Below are positions 14,407 to 21,878 of a DNA stretch of 46,506 nucleotides, one piece after another. How positions within the stretch are numbered: the stretch's first letter is position 1; every line of letters starts with the position of its first letter. Under the pieces are notes generated by a model. That model made no database searches. It was not told the origin of the DNA and worked only from the letters and a program-made list of their open reading frames with translations. A program made the position numbers and the translations under genes. The DNA comes from a virus: IMG/VR virus record IMGVR_UViG_2554235504_000004, positions 1 to 46,506 of that record. One strand, given 5' to 3'.

Positions 14407-15047
14407 TGGCCCGCTATACACTCATCAACCATACGGAAGACCGAGAGAACGACTTCGACGACAAGTCAAACGCCGAAAACACGAAGCAACTATTCGAGGA
14501 GAAAGGTGACGATGTGGAACTCGTCGACAACTACCGGTCAGACGGTGGAGGAGCATACGCCGTAGACGGTGCAGACGGGTCACTCATCGAAGAGCCAGAA
14601 GGCGACCACCAATCACCCGAGCCGGTAAAGAAACCCACTCGCGTAGAACCTGGGTCCATCGAGAGCGAAGAACAGTTCGTCACGCAGGTGAAGGGCGTCC
14701 CAGACCCGTTCATGGTCAATATGGGGACGACACAGGACAAGCAGATCCACATCAAGAAAGAGGGGTACTATTACCTCGCCAGCCAAGATGGGATCGACGT
14801 TCAGACAGAGCCGCTGAATCCGACGTGGGAAGGTGATGCTGAAACCTCTGCATGGAAAGCGACGGCCACGAAGGGAGATAAGGAATGGTCGAACGTCGGG
14901 ACGGCTCATCTTGAGGGAGAGGATATGCAGGGGGCCGAGCACAATCTCGACGAACTCGCGTCTACTCGTGCGGCCTGTCGGGTTCTGAGCATGGCGACGG
15001 GAGCTGGCGTTACGTCGGCAGAAGAAATGATGGAGGGCGACCAATGA
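14406..15047 (+). CDS. Hypothetical protein, possible ERF-like single-strand annealing protein
   Basis: Start reset to MARYTL. The blocks YYYLASQDG...WKATATKGDKEWSNVGTAHLEGED and LASTRAACRVLSMATGAGVTSAEEM are reminiscent of the P22 Erf core (YYVKATATITDGEN... and SSYARKYCLNGLFGI). The function is weakly supported. Confidence 0.35.
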   Translation: MARYTLINHTEDRENDFDDKSNAENTKQLFEEKGDDVELVDNYRSDGGGAYAVDGADGSLIEEPEGDHQSPEPVKKPTRVEPGSIESEEQFVTQVKGVPDPFMVNMGTTQDKQIHIKKEGYYYLASQDGIDVQTEPLNPTWEGDAETSAWKATATKGDKEWSNVGTAHLEGEDMQGAEHNLDELASTRAACRVLSMATGAGVTSAEEMMEGDQ

Positions 15048-15253
15048 GCACGACTGACGAGTGGACTCTTAAGAAGACGGACGAGTTGAACGCACTCGGG
15101 TGGACGCTATTCGACATTGATGGCGTGGAATATCCCGATCGGCCGGTCACAGTCACGCTGGTAAACAACGGGGACGTGACGGTGGCGGAGGGGGACAATC
15201 CGGACGGCTGGATAACGATAGATGAGGACGAACTCGAGGATGTGCTGCAATGA
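15044..15253 (+). CDS. Acidic hypothetical protein
   Basis: 69-aa ORF with ATGA overlaps. Confidence 0.5.
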   Translation: MSTTDEWTLKKTDELNALGWTLFDIDGVEYPDRPVTVTLVNNGDVTVAEGDNPDGWITIDEDELEDVLQ

Positions 15254-15414
15254 CGGACGAGTCTGAGAAGCCATGTGGGGAATACCATCCACTCCCCTGT
15301 GGACTGGACGTATCTTGCCCTGTAGACGCGGAGTATCATGATTCAGAGGCAACGAATGCCGAGATCGTAGAGCGGTCTGAACAATCGGGAACCAACTCGG
15401 AGACGGGGCCATGA
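15250..15414 (+). CDS. Possible 54-aa acidic protein
   Basis: MTDESEKPCGEYHPLPCGLDVSCPVDAEYHDSE..., ATGA-coupled at both ends. Below the track cutoff. Confidence 0.35.
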   Translation: MTDESEKPCGEYHPLPCGLDVSCPVDAEYHDSEATNAEIVERSEQSGTNSETGP

Positions 15415-15659
15415 AGGTAATCGTTAAACAAGGCCGAAATCGGTACAACAAGCACTATCACTACCCTTCAGAGGACGACCCAACGAAGCCGAAGTGCAAC
15501 ACGGTGAACCAGAATGGAAAGCCGTGGACGGTAAAAGACATCGAGCAAGTGCCGAACCATCACGAGTGCAAGCGGTGCTCGGGAGAGCACGAGCCAACGG
15601 GGACTCCTGGACGCCAGTTGTGTACTAAATTGTCCGATATGGACCCGGAGGCGGTCTAA
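15411..15659 (+). CDS. Small Cys/His protein, tandem paralogue 1
   Basis: Shares H.PSED.P..PKC...W..KD....P.H..CKRC.G....L..KL..MDPEA with the next ORF. Confidence 0.55.
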   Translation: MKVIVKQGRNRYNKHYHYPSEDDPTKPKCNTVNQNGKPWTVKDIEQVPNHHECKRCSGEHEPTGTPGRQLCTKLSDMDPEAV

Positions 15660-15904
15660 TGCACGTATTAGTCAAATCCCGCTGGTGCACGGGCGACCAA
15701 GTCTATCACGAGCCGTCTGAAGACAATCCAGACGAGCCGAAGTGTGGGTATGATATCCATCCAGATATCGAGTGGGTCCGTAAAGATCCGGACGTTATCC
15801 CGCATCATCGGCCTTGCAAGCGGTGTGAGGGGAAACGAGAGCAAGAGCAACTCGGGCCGAATCTGAGTTCGAAGTTGGCCAAGATGGACCCAGAGGCGAT
15901 ATAG
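15659..15904 (+). CDS. Small Cys/His protein, tandem paralogue 2
   Basis: Same architecture and C-terminal KMDPEAI as 15411-15659. Confidence 0.55.
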   Translation: MHVLVKSRWCTGDQVYHEPSEDNPDEPKCGYDIHPDIEWVRKDPDVIPHHRPCKRCEGKREQEQLGPNLSSKLAKMDPEAI

Positions 15905-16273
15905 ATGTCCGTGCGCCAATTTTCGGATTTGCCATCGGGGACTTCGATGTGGATACAGCACAATCGCCATGATCTTGAGAAGCTTCCCGAGCCGGGCGTA
16001 GAGTGGTCGAGTAACCAGATCGGGATGAGCAAGAGTAACATCTGCAAACTCCGGCACGAGGGTCTAATCACACTCGTCGAACGTCGAGAATACAAGAGCA
16101 AGGCAAACCTGTACATGACGAAACCAGTGGTGTATCAGGCAGTACAAGCGTACTTGGAGATGGACGATGAGGATGGATTCCTCCCGTGCGGGCATGATCC
16201 CTTCGTTAATCAGGGGGATGTGCTTGAGTGCAAAATCTGTGAGAAAGAACACCGGAAAGAGGCGGTTCAATGA
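15905..16273 (+). CDS. Hypothetical protein with HTH-like centre and C-terminal Cys cluster
   Basis: NQIGMSKSNICKLRHEGLI is HTH-like. The C-terminus carries CGH...CKIC. Confidence 0.5.
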   Translation: MSVRQFSDLPSGTSMWIQHNRHDLEKLPEPGVEWSSNQIGMSKSNICKLRHEGLITLVERREYKSKANLYMTKPVVYQAVQAYLEMDDEDGFLPCGHDPFVNQGDVLECKICEKEHRKEAVQ

Positions 16274-16542
16274 ACGAACTCCAATACATAGGCACCACAG
16301 AGTCGGGAAACTCGAAACTCATGGTACCCGGTGATGGTCACGAGTTCACGTTTGAGCGGTTAGATTACCAGACTATCCGTTTGCATACGGTCACAACGTT
16401 ACCGGGAGTGGAACGCGATTATGATGAGTTCAGCACAGTAGAGGAGCTGCCTGCTGGTGTTCGTCGAGTGATTGCGTGTTCGGAGTACAGAATGCGGAGT
16501 ACCAAGACGACCTTAGAGGGAGCGATGTCTCATGCCGACTGA
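16270..16542 (+). CDS. Hypothetical protein
   Basis: 90-aa ORF with an ATGA overlap. Confidence 0.5.
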   Translation: MNELQYIGTTESGNSKLMVPGDGHEFTFERLDYQTIRLHTVTTLPGVERDYDEFSTVEELPAGVRRVIACSEYRMRSTKTTLEGAMSHAD

Positions 16543-16625
16543 CTCATTGCGATGGGGAGACGTTCGTGTCCGAAGCGCATAGAGACGACCAAAATCACTT
16601 TGGTATTATAGCTGTCCGTAACTGG

Positions 16626-16641
16626 TTATAGGTAGCTATAA
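16626..16641. promoter_or_regulatory. Palindrome ttatag-gtag-ctataa in the intergenic promoter region
   Basis: 6-bp inverted arms with a 4-bp spacer, 36 nt upstream of ATG 16677. The neighbouring TATAGCTGT motif is at 16607-16615. Confidence 0.35.
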
Positions 16642-16676
16642 GTGGTTGTAACTCATTGCATTAACTGTAGAAGACA

Positions 16677-16982
16677 ATGACCACAGTAGATGTCAAAGAC
16701 GACGTAAAGGGGAAACTGGATGACCGGAAAATCCACGAGAACGAGTCCTATAACGACGTAATTGACCGTGTTATAGAGAACAATAGTCCAGAGTTCCGGG
16801 ATGCTCCTGATGTGGAACAGATCATAGAGGGGTTGGAGAATAGCATGGACAAGATTAGCATGGCGAACGACCAAACGACGGATATGGACGTTTCGGGTAT
16901 TATGGCTGAAATCAAGAAGGCCCAAGAGTTGGCAGAACAGGCGCGTGACAACACTGAGGACTTGAAAGCGGGGCTCCGATAA
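16677..16982 (+). CDS. RHH-like small protein
   Basis: TTVDVKDDVKGKLDDRKIHENESYNDVIDRVIEN resembles haloarchaeal RHH/antitoxin-like proteins. Confidence 0.5.
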   Translation: MTTVDVKDDVKGKLDDRKIHENESYNDVIDRVIENNSPEFRDAPDVEQIIEGLENSMDKISMANDQTTDMDVSGIMAEIKKAQELAEQARDNTEDLKAGLR

Positions 16983-17359
16983 TGACTGAACAACTCGAGG
17001 ACAAGCTATACCGCGTGAACGGTCACGAGTTCGAGACGGTCAAGGACTTCGGTGAACACGGCAAGATCGTCCGCTGTCAAGAGTGCCTGGTCCGTGAGGC
17101 ACTCGACGAAGATGACGACCCGAACGAAACGCTCGAACTGCGAACCCCTGACTGCCACATCCAGTGGCTCCGAGAGCCAGATGGCGGTTTCCACGGAGTG
17201 GCGCTCCGGAACACGAACTATTTCCCGGGACGGGAGTTGATCGGCGTGAAAGAGGATGACGGAGATCTCGAGGTCGCGGATTCAGTGCGAATCTACGACG
17301 ATGACGCTCCGCAGCTCGCGTCACTGCTCGACAAACAGACGTGGGAGGAGGTATACTGA
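16982..17359 (+). CDS. Hypothetical protein
   Basis: 125-aa acidic ORF. Confidence 0.55.
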   Translation: MTEQLEDKLYRVNGHEFETVKDFGEHGKIVRCQECLVREALDEDDDPNETLELRTPDCHIQWLREPDGGFHGVALRNTNYFPGRELIGVKEDDGDLEVADSVRIYDDDAPQLASLLDKQTWEEVY

Positions 17360-17360
17360 C

Positions 17361-17753
17361 ATGCCTGCTAAACACGGGGACGAAGGAAATCAGTTCTCCA
17401 GTTATCACGCGGAGTACTGCGAGAACTGCGGGCAGCTCGTTGACGCGGCCGATGAGATCGAAGACGAACTCGAGGAGCCGGTCCATCGGGTTGATATCAT
17501 CGAGGCGATCGGCCCGTTCGAGAAGGTAGGAGAGACTGTCGCGATGGAGCAAGGAGAGTGTGAGTGTACCGGGACGATTGTGAAACGACACTACGCGTAT
17601 CCTGCCGGTAACGTCCCTGAGCCCGATTTCGAACCAGATGAAGACGAGTTCACCGGACGCGACCCCGACGAAGACGCGCTTGTGAATTTCGGTGACGGTG
17701 ACTGGCAAGAGGTTCGAGAGGTTCCAGGGATCGAAGAAGGAGGTGATCTCTGA
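17361..17753 (+). CDS. Hypothetical Cys-containing acidic protein
   Basis: Start reset to MPAKHG, 2 nt after the upstream stop. Motifs CENCG and CECTG. Confidence 0.5.
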   Translation: MPAKHGDEGNQFSSYHAEYCENCGQLVDAADEIEDELEEPVHRVDIIEAIGPFEKVGETVAMEQGECECTGTIVKRHYAYPAGNVPEPDFEPDEDEFTGRDPDEDALVNFGDGDWQEVREVPGIEEGGDL

Positions 17754-17754
17754 T

Positions 17755-17964
17755 ATGTCCGCCGATGCCATTCAGCATAAACATGAGACCGGCGACGTAC
17801 TCGAGAAGTTCGACACGTCGGAGTGGCGGATCACCAATCGGATGATCGATGTGGACACGGACGAGGTGCTGTATCGACTCCGTGACGTTGCCTCAGAGTT
17901 CAACGATACAGAGATTGTCACGGACTCGGAGATAGCCCGGAACTTCGAGGTGAATCATGACTGA
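17755..17964 (+). CDS. Hypothetical protein
   Basis: Start reset to MSADAIQ. Confidence 0.5.
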   Translation: MSADAIQHKHETGDVLEKFDTSEWRITNRMIDVDTDEVLYRLRDVASEFNDTEIVTDSEIARNFEVNHD

Positions 17965-18232
17965 GAACGACGATGCACGACACGAGAAAGAAACCAAGCA
18001 GTACGACGACTGGAAAAGCCAGATTCGATCAGAGTTAGAGGCCTTCGAGGGCGAAGGCCCGCCCTCGATCGACGAATTGTGGTCTGTCGCACAGAATGAG
18101 TCCGAATCGGCAGCCTCGTGGATCCACGACATGCCGTGCACAGAGCAGGAGATCAAGACAGCGAAAGGCGACGTGTTGAAGGCCCTCGTAGCGCTCGAGA
18201 TGGCCGAAGACCGTCTAAACGAGGTGCGTTAA
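17957..18232 (+). CDS. Hypothetical protein, dispersed paralogue A
   Basis: About 85 percent of residues match 19346-19588 by eye across ELEAFEGEGPPSIDELWSVAQ...LVALEMAEDRLNEVR. Confidence 0.55.
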   Translation: MTENDDARHEKETKQYDDWKSQIRSELEAFEGEGPPSIDELWSVAQNESESAASWIHDMPCTEQEIKTAKGDVLKALVALEMAEDRLNEVR

Positions 18233-18243
18233 AGTGTCCGAAG
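18161..18243. repeat. 83-bp identical direct repeat, copy 1 (partner 19517-19599)
   Basis: gcgaaaggcgacgtgttgaagg...gtgcgttaaagtgtccgaag is identical in both places. It spans a stop codon and the GTG start of the following ORF. Confidence 0.9.
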
Positions 18244-18518
18244 AAACTGACCGCTGGGAACGGCCGTGGATCGAAACGGAAGCGGACGCCATCGACGAGG
18301 CCGCACAGGCTGCGTTTGAGATGTTGATGGAAGATCCCGACAACGCGGATCAAGAGACGTTCGAGTGGTCTACGGAGTATCAAGCAGAGAACTACAACGT
18401 CGAAAACCGACTCGGGGACGTTCGAAAAGAGACGCAAGAGAAGGCGTCACTCGTCGTCCCTAAGTCGTTCCTTGACTGCACACAAGAGTCGGATACTGAC
18501 CGAGGTGAGACAGCGTGA
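18234..18518 (+). CDS. Hypothetical acidic protein (GTG start)
   Basis: 94-aa ORF whose start lies within the 83-bp repeat. Confidence 0.5.
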   Translation: MSEETDRWERPWIETEADAIDEAAQAAFEMLMEDPDNADQETFEWSTEYQAENYNVENRLGDVRKETQEKASLVVPKSFLDCTQESDTDRGETA

Positions 18519-18811
18519 AATCAGAGAAAGACATTCCAAATAACGTCTCGAACATGAAGCGCGCCCTCGAGGACGGCCGCTGCTTCATGGCACAGTTCCG
18601 AACCCGTCGGCACTACTACGAATTCGTGGAAGACATCGGCTGGATCAAAACGGAGACGGACGGGCACGGCCGCGATCCAAGCACGCTGCCCGCAAGCAAC
18701 GAGGACTTTCAGACCGCGCTCCGTTTCGCGGATATCGTCGAGATCGATAGCGAGGACGCGCCGGTCAACGAGGACGATACGAAGGACTACTTCGGTGATT
18801 CCAGTGAGTGA
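18515..18811 (+). CDS. Hypothetical protein (GTG start)
   Basis: 98-aa ORF with a GTGA overlap. Confidence 0.5.
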   Translation: MKSEKDIPNNVSNMKRALEDGRCFMAQFRTRRHYYEFVEDIGWIKTETDGHGRDPSTLPASNEDFQTALRFADIVEIDSEDAPVNEDDTKDYFGDSSE

Positions 18812-18992
18812 TGGACTCGCGGGCGATACTGAACAGTGCCCCGAGTGTGGTTCAGATGCCCAGAATACGATAGCTTACGTTCGGGGACACCGAACCAGCG
18901 ACGGCTGGGAGTGTACAGAATGTGACTGGTGGTGTCTATTTGGAGAAGAACCGTGGGAAGTAGACACGGACACTGAACGAGGTGACGCGTAA
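18795..18992 (+). CDS. Zinc-ribbon mini-protein
   Basis: Motifs CPECG...CTEC. Non-ATG start at 18795 or 18804. Confidence 0.5.
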   Translation: MIPVSDGLAGDTEQCPECGSDAQNTIAYVRGHRTSDGWECTECDWWCLFGEEPWEVDTDTERGDA

Positions 18993-19150
18993 TGTCTGCC
19001 GATGGAGGTCGTCACGTCCCGCCAGAGGATTACAAGCTCTGGGACGAGGAACGCGAAGAACTCCGTTGTCCGTTCTGTGACGGACGAATCCTACGAATCG
19101 GAACCTACGGTGAGTGCACTGACTGTGGTGAGGGCTTCAAAAAACAATGA
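18992..19150 (+). CDS. Zinc-ribbon mini-protein (52 aa)
   Basis: My translation is MSADGGRHVPPEDYKLWDEEREELRCPFCDGRILRIGTYGECTDCGEGFKKQ, coupled at both ends. It replaces the track ORF 19002-19187. Confidence 0.45.
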   Translation: MSADGGRHVPPEDYKLWDEEREELRCPFCDGRILRIGTYGECTDCGEGFKKQ

Positions 19151-19353
19151 ACAGCGATTCATCTGGAAATGGGACCTCGCGCGGTAACGCCTCAGGCGAT
19201 ACTGACCGATCCGACCCCATCCGGCTTGGGTCGGCTTCTACCTGCGACTGCGGTTGGCGTGGGTTCCAAGCCGACATGGAAATCGGTGACGGGTACGAAT
19301 GTCCAGAGTGCGGTAGCAGGCTTCTTGGACGGGGTGACACGCTCCATGGCTGA
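19147..19353 (+). CDS. Zinc-ribbon mini-protein
   Basis: Motifs CDCG...CPECG. Confidence 0.5.
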   Translation: MNSDSSGNGTSRGNASGDTDRSDPIRLGSASTCDCGWRGFQADMEIGDGYECPECGSRLLGRGDTLHG

Positions 19354-19588
19354 ACGATACGCCGGCTGGAAAGACGAGATTCGAGCCGAGTTAGAAGCGT
19401 TCGAAGGCGAAGGGCCGCCGTCCATCGACGAACTATGGTCGGTGGCGCAGCACGAGTCGGAGTCCGCAGCCTCGTGGATGCACGACATGCCTTGCACCGA
19501 ACAGGAAATCCAGACGGCGAAAGGCGACGTGTTGAAGGCCCTCGTAGCGCTCGAGATGGCCGAAGACCGTCTAAACGAGGTGCGTTAA
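19346..19588 (+). CDS. Hypothetical protein, dispersed paralogue B
   Basis: Start reset to MAERYAGW. Paralogue of 17957-18232. Confidence 0.55.
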   Translation: MAERYAGWKDEIRAELEAFEGEGPPSIDELWSVAQHESESAASWMHDMPCTEQEIQTAKGDVLKALVALEMAEDRLNEVR

Positions 19589-19599
19589 AGTGTCCGAAG
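19517..19599. repeat. 83-bp identical direct repeat, copy 2
   Basis: Identical to 18161-18243. Confidence 0.9.
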
Positions 19600-19934
19600 T
19601 AGTCGGTCGCATTCCGGACCGAGGTGAGATCCGCGCACTGAACGGACTCTCGTGGGAACCGTGGGTGCTCGTCACTCGCGTCGAGCCCGACGACGGGAAT
19701 ATGCTGGCCCGATTCGCCGTGCTCGACAACATGGACGACGACGCACTCAACCCGGTTCCAGACAGTCGCGTCGCTGACCTGGATGCGAGTGTCGGCGATC
19801 TCGAGTGGAGGCAGATGATCGCCGCGGAGATCGACGAGAACGACGAGATCGATAAGCGTTGGTGCCCTGTTGAGCGTCTTGACGTGCTCGGTATGCCTGG
19901 GGTTCAGGGGGTGTCGTATGATGACCTCGAGTGA
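19590..19934 (+). CDS. Hypothetical acidic protein (GTG start)
   Basis: 114-aa ORF. Its first 10 nt are shared with 18234-18518 through the repeat. Confidence 0.5.
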   Translation: MSEVVGRIPDRGEIRALNGLSWEPWVLVTRVEPDDGNMLARFAVLDNMDDDALNPVPDSRVADLDASVGDLEWRQMIAAEIDENDEIDKRWCPVERLDVLGMPGVQGVSYDDLE

Positions 19935-20028
19935 TTCAGCCTCCCAGCGAGTCGGTCGCGATGAATCCGCGGGCGCTATTGATCGTCACAAAGCAGCGGA
20001 CGAACTCGAGGAACTGATCGATGAGTGA
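19918..20028 (+). CDS. Possible 36-aa peptide
   Basis: MMTSSDSASQRVGRDESAGAIDRHKAADELEELIDE fills the gap and ends in an ATGAGTGA junction. Confidence 0.25.
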   Translation: MMTSSDSASQRVGRDESAGAIDRHKAADELEELIDE

Positions 20029-20413
20029 GGAGTACCACGTTTACGAGATGTATGGAACATTATCAGACGATGGGTACGTCAAGCCGGTGGCAGATCCTGA
20101 TTTCATCCCCCGAGCAATCTGCAACTCTCCAGAGGGTGCCATAGAAGCGGCAGAGGAGTACGAGAGTTGGCAGTTCGAGGAGGATATGAAGGTTGGAGAC
20201 CGATACCCACATGCACTGATATTTGAGGTTGAGAGGGTAGACGATGGCGATAGCGATGTCAGTGAGGAAGATATCGAAGAGGCGAAGTATAGATTAGCGA
20301 AGGCGTATCGAATGGTCCAAATTTGGGACGAGGAGTACGCCAAGGCTGCAATCCGCCGTGGCTATGAAGCACTTGATGGGGATAAAGAGGAACTGATCGA
20401 CGATGACATTTGA
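20021..20413 (+). CDS. Acidic hypothetical protein
   Basis: 130-aa ORF. Confidence 0.55.
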   Translation: MSEEYHVYEMYGTLSDDGYVKPVADPDFIPRAICNSPEGAIEAAEEYESWQFEEDMKVGDRYPHALIFEVERVDDGDSDVSEEDIEEAKYRLAKAYRMVQIWDEEYAKAAIRRGYEALDGDKEELIDDDI

Positions 20414-20684
20414 ACCATACGACCACGACAACTCAGGGAATGAACTCCGAATCAAAGACGATGGCGTGTATGTGGCAATTCGTGGGGAAGAGGCATGGCA
20501 AGAGGGAGAATACGTGAACCGCGGGAATCGGACCATAGAGGTGCGGTTGCCAGACGATGAGGTGGAACGGTTCGTCAGAGAATACGCTGGGGAGATCGAC
20601 GAGTGCTTAGAGTCACATCCGGAGTGGCGTGAGGTCGGGCTCGATAAATGTCCGGTTTGTGGGGTGACGATTGACGATGAGTAG
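20403..20684 (+). CDS. Hypothetical protein with C-terminal CPVCG
   Basis: 93-aa ORF. Confidence 0.5.
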   Translation: MTFEPYDHDNSGNELRIKDDGVYVAIRGEEAWQEGEYVNRGNRTIEVRLPDDEVERFVREYAGEIDECLESHPEWREVGLDKCPVCGVTIDDE

Positions 20685-20796
20685 ACTGAGAGACCTATTA
20701 CCGTCACTCCCGCGGTTGGACGACGGTGGGGTACTCAAAGATGACGGGGACGAACTCGAAAGACACCGGGACGAGCAGGTGATAGACTATGAGTAA
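20677..20796 (+). CDS. Possible 39-aa peptide
   Basis: MSRLRDLLPSLPRLDDGGVLKDDGDELERHRDEQVIDYE, with ATGAGTAG and ATGAGTAA junctions. Confidence 0.25.
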   Translation: MSRLRDLLPSLPRLDDGGVLKDDGDELERHRDEQVIDYE

Positions 20797-20819
20797 CAAG
20801 AACCCACTCCGACAGACAG
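20785..20819. repeat. 35-bp perfect inverted repeat, copy B (partner 2327-2361)
   Basis: Covers the start codon and the first 10 codons (MSNKNPLRQT) of a small ORF, as in copy A. Confidence 0.95.
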
Positions 20820-20929
20820 AGAAGGGCGAACAGTGGTATCAAGCAGTGAAGCGATCAGAGGACTCGGCAGAGGAAACGTCCCGCAAGATCGGGCGGCTGT
20901 TCGGCATCGGGAGTGTTGACGATGAGTGA
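20789..20929 (+). CDS. Possible 46-aa protein sharing its N-terminus with 2172-2363
   Basis: MSNKNPLRQTEKGEQWYQAVKRSEDSAEETSRKIGRLFGIGSVDDE. Confidence 0.35.
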   Translation: MSNKNPLRQTEKGEQWYQAVKRSEDSAEETSRKIGRLFGIGSVDDE

Positions 20930-21108
20930 GAGCAACGCAGACGATTAAAGCAGTGCGTAACTCGATTAATGCAGTCGTTATATTTAAGTAGACAGCTATA
21001 ATACGTTAAGGCATACCCTTCGGCCCTCCAAGCCCACCCCGCTAATCCTCACACTGAGAACGTCACTGTGGAAGGGGACAAGCAAACGCCCCAACCCCGC
21101 CTAGTCCT

Positions 21109-21693
21109 ATGTCTGCCAAACCCAAGAGCGACGAGAGTAACGTCACCGTAGAGTGCGAGTATCCAAACTGCGAAGAGATAGGAAAGGTATGGGAGTTCCA
21201 CCATGGGGATTACTGTTCCAACAAGTGCGAGCTGAAGCACGAAGGGCGCAAAGAACTTGGAGGGATAAAGTTCGATCATTGCAGATGTTTCACCTGCATG
21301 ACCGAACTGAAAGAGATCGTCCCACCCAAGCCCGACCATGCGTTTGACGTATCAGGAGTCGGTTGGTACACTGACCCCGAGACAGGGACGGTACACATTG
21401 AACGATTCGGTCAAGAGGTAACACGGGAAGCCGCAGTCGGTTTTCAACACAAGACACCTAGTGCAGGCTTTGGAGAGAAAGAACACAACGAGCGCGTTGT
21501 TACAGGCACTGTGTGCGATAACTGCGGTAATACAGATCACACGGCACACGTTTCGTATTTAGCGAATCAGCATAGCGTGGTGACTCGAGTGGTTTCCTTA
21601 CTCGAGGACGTGGAGTTTTCAGTACAAGAGTTTCACCGGGAGTACGTACGGACAGACGACATCGAACTTGCTCTTGGGAAGGCATTAGAATGA
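21109..21693 (+). CDS. Cys-rich protein with TRASH/FCS-like N-terminal zinc finger
   Basis: CEYPNC...(19 aa)...CSNKC, plus CRCFTC and CDNCG clusters. It is the first gene after the TATAGCTGT-containing promoter region. Confidence 0.55.
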   Translation: MSAKPKSDESNVTVECEYPNCEEIGKVWEFHHGDYCSNKCELKHEGRKELGGIKFDHCRCFTCMTELKEIVPPKPDHAFDVSGVGWYTDPETGTVHIERFGQEVTREAAVGFQHKTPSAGFGEKEHNERVVTGTVCDNCGNTDHTAHVSYLANQHSVVTRVVSLLEDVEFSVQEFHREYVRTDDIELALGKALE

Positions 21694-21839
21694 GAGCGCT
21701 GTCCCAGCAGTTCAGTTGCACACTCTGTGGCAACGTGACGTGTCTTATCGAGGAGGAGCATCAAGAGCGCACGGAGTCCTATTGTCGGCAGTGCGAGTCC
21801 AAGACAGTCCACACAAAGGATACCAGTCGTGGCCGATGA
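21690..21839 (+). CDS. Zinc-ribbon mini-protein (49 aa)
   Basis: My translation is MRALSQQFSCTLCGNVTCLIEEEHQERTESYCRQCESKTVHTKDTSRGR, with an ATGA overlap. Confidence 0.4.
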   Translation: MRALSQQFSCTLCGNVTCLIEEEHQERTESYCRQCESKTVHTKDTSRGR

Positions 21840-21878
21840 GTATAGGGAGGAACAGCATGTCGACGTTATTCGTAATGG

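Noticed and set aside
17040-17771. 243-aa minus-strand ORF across the early small-gene block
   Set aside because: It overlaps three start/stop-coupled acidic plus-strand ORFs, and its product is very basic (Arg/Ser/Pro-rich).
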